From: Nanopusillaceae archaeon
Lineage (GTDB): Archaea; Nanobdellota; Nanobdellia; Nanobdellales; Nanobdellaceae
NCBI GenBank assembly: GCA_038735675.1
Contig: JAVYNJ010000007.1
Span: 1-24,546, forward strand
Length of the DNA stretch: 24,546 nucleotides
Direction of reading: 5' to 3'
Below, in pieces: positions 23,512 to 24,546 of the stretch; within the stretch, counting starts at the first letter, position 1; every line of letters begins with the position of its first letter. The notes under the pieces were generated by a model, which saw only the letters and a list, made by a program, of their open reading frames with translations, ran no database searches and was not told the origin of the DNA. A program made the translations under genes and the position numbers.

Positions 23512-24511
23512 ATGATAATTGAAGATACTAAAGGATATTATTCCAAAAAGGCAAATTTTTTTGACAATTTTTCTAGAGAAATATTGAAGCTTTTATCCGA
23601 GAAACCAATGAGTATTTCCGAAATTGCAAAAGTTACTAGAAAATCTGAACAACTAATAAGCTACTATATAAACAAAAAATTAAAAAATTATTTAGATATT
23701 GTTAATGAAGATAAAAAAACAAAATACAAAGCATACAAATCTTATTATGATATTGTTAATGAAAAAGAAGAAAATTGCAAAAGTTACTAGAAAATCTGAA
23801 CAACTAATAAGCTACTATATAAACAAAAAATTAAAAAATTATTTAGATATTGTTAGTGAAGATAAAAAAACAAAATACAAAGCATACAAATCTTATTATG
23901 ATATTGTTAATGAAAAAGAAGATTTTATATTTTATGAAACAAAAAATAATAATTTATATCCATTCGTAAAAGATAATATATTAAATTGCTTAATAGTAGT
24001 TGGATCTCCAGTACCTCATGGTCCATTTTCAGCTTCTTCAAGAGATAGTCATTATGTTGGATACCTAACTTCTTTTTTAGGAAGATATTTTAATAAAACC
24101 CAATATTCTGATTTCATAAGATTAGATACAGACGTTATAAAAGAAAATTTATTAAAAAGCAATTTAATTCTTTTAGGTGGACCCGTATCAAATTATATAT
24201 CTTATAAAATTAATACTATTTTAAAAGTAAGATTTCTCCAAGAATATAACTGGGATATATATTCTGATTTTACCAATAAAAGATATTCTAATGAATTAGT
24301 TTCTTTAATTGCTTGTATAAAAAATCCATTTAATGATAATAAAAGAATACTTTTAATTGCGGGAAAAAGAGCTTTAGGAACAAAAATAGCAATAAAATAT
24401 TTCATAAATAGTTCTTTAGATTTATCTAAGGATTTCTATATAGTTATAGATAGCTTAGATTTAGATTCTGATGGAATTCCAGAAAAAATAATAGAATTAG
24501 AAAATAATTAA
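23512..24511 (+). pseudogene. Winged-HTH (ArsR-like) protein with an uncharacterised C-terminal domain, split by a 151-bp tandem duplication
   Basis: The track shows two ORFs (23512..23790 and 23699..24511) that both contain IAKVTRKSEQLISYYINKKLKNYLDIV.EDKKTKYKAYKSYYDIVNEKE. Removing one 151-bp unit gives 849 nt, a single uninterrupted 282-codon ORF. The HTH is ILKLLSEKPMSISEIAKVT. Confidence 0.75.
23621..23922. repeat. Head-to-tail tandem duplication, 2 x 151 bp (23621..23771 and 23772..23922), 1 mismatch
   Basis: Base-by-base comparison shows the copies are identical except 23705 a versus 23856 g (AAT Asn versus AGT Ser). Confidence 0.95.
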
Positions 24512-24546
24512 TCTTTTTTCAATAAAATATTTAAAACTATTTTTCT

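Noticed and set aside
3436-24405. Nine track ORFs lie antisense to or inside confident genes: 3436..3618(-), 5176..5361(+), 8872..9198(-), 9987..10193(+), 11590..12006(+), 16013..16210(-), 19397..19579(-), 20820..21038(+), 24202..24405(-).
   Set aside because: Each is fully or largely embedded opposite a gene with clear family motifs (DUF357, eno, secD, the Endo IV-like/PGI pair, marC, metG, galT-like, the hypothetical pair, and the wHTH gene). Their translations are low-complexity F/I/K/L-rich strings with no motifs. Stop-poor antisense frames are expected in AT-rich coding DNA.

Overview
This is a gene-dense, very AT-rich archaeal chromosomal segment (by eye about three quarters A+T, not computed). 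The gene content includes PCNA, archaeal MBF1, SecD, cupin-type glucose-6-phosphate isomerase, aTrm5, TrmI, DUF99 and DUF357. Both tRNAs are 72 nt, lack an encoded CCA, and have almost pure G:C stems in the AT-rich background. Genes sit in short operons with ATGA/TAATG overlaps, and several housekeeping enzymes carry private insertions. Together this suggests a small-genome, probably thermophilic DPANN/Nanoarchaeota-like archaeon (inference). I support 28 CDS plus one disrupted gene, 2 tRNAs, 1 candidate C/D box sRNA and 2 tandem duplications. I saw no CRISPR array, transposase, integrase, or recognisable defence or toxin-antitoxin module, so this looks like core genome rather than an accessory island. 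Observations worth a second look: (1) a C/D box sRNA candidate starts one base after tRNA-Asn, which looks like a dicistronic tRNA-sRNA unit; (2) two near-perfect head-to-tail duplications (142 bp and 151 bp, one mismatch each, both 1 mod 3) respectively displace a gene from its promoter and split a wHTH gene, and these are either real recent events or strain-collapse assembly artefacts; (3) glmS is broken into two overlapping ORFs inside the glutaminase domain; (4) glmS is preceded by a small GNAT that resembles eukaryotic-type GlcN6P acetyltransferase; (5) MetRS and Trm5 carry large lineage-specific insertions. All function calls rest on motif recognition by eye. No database search was possible.
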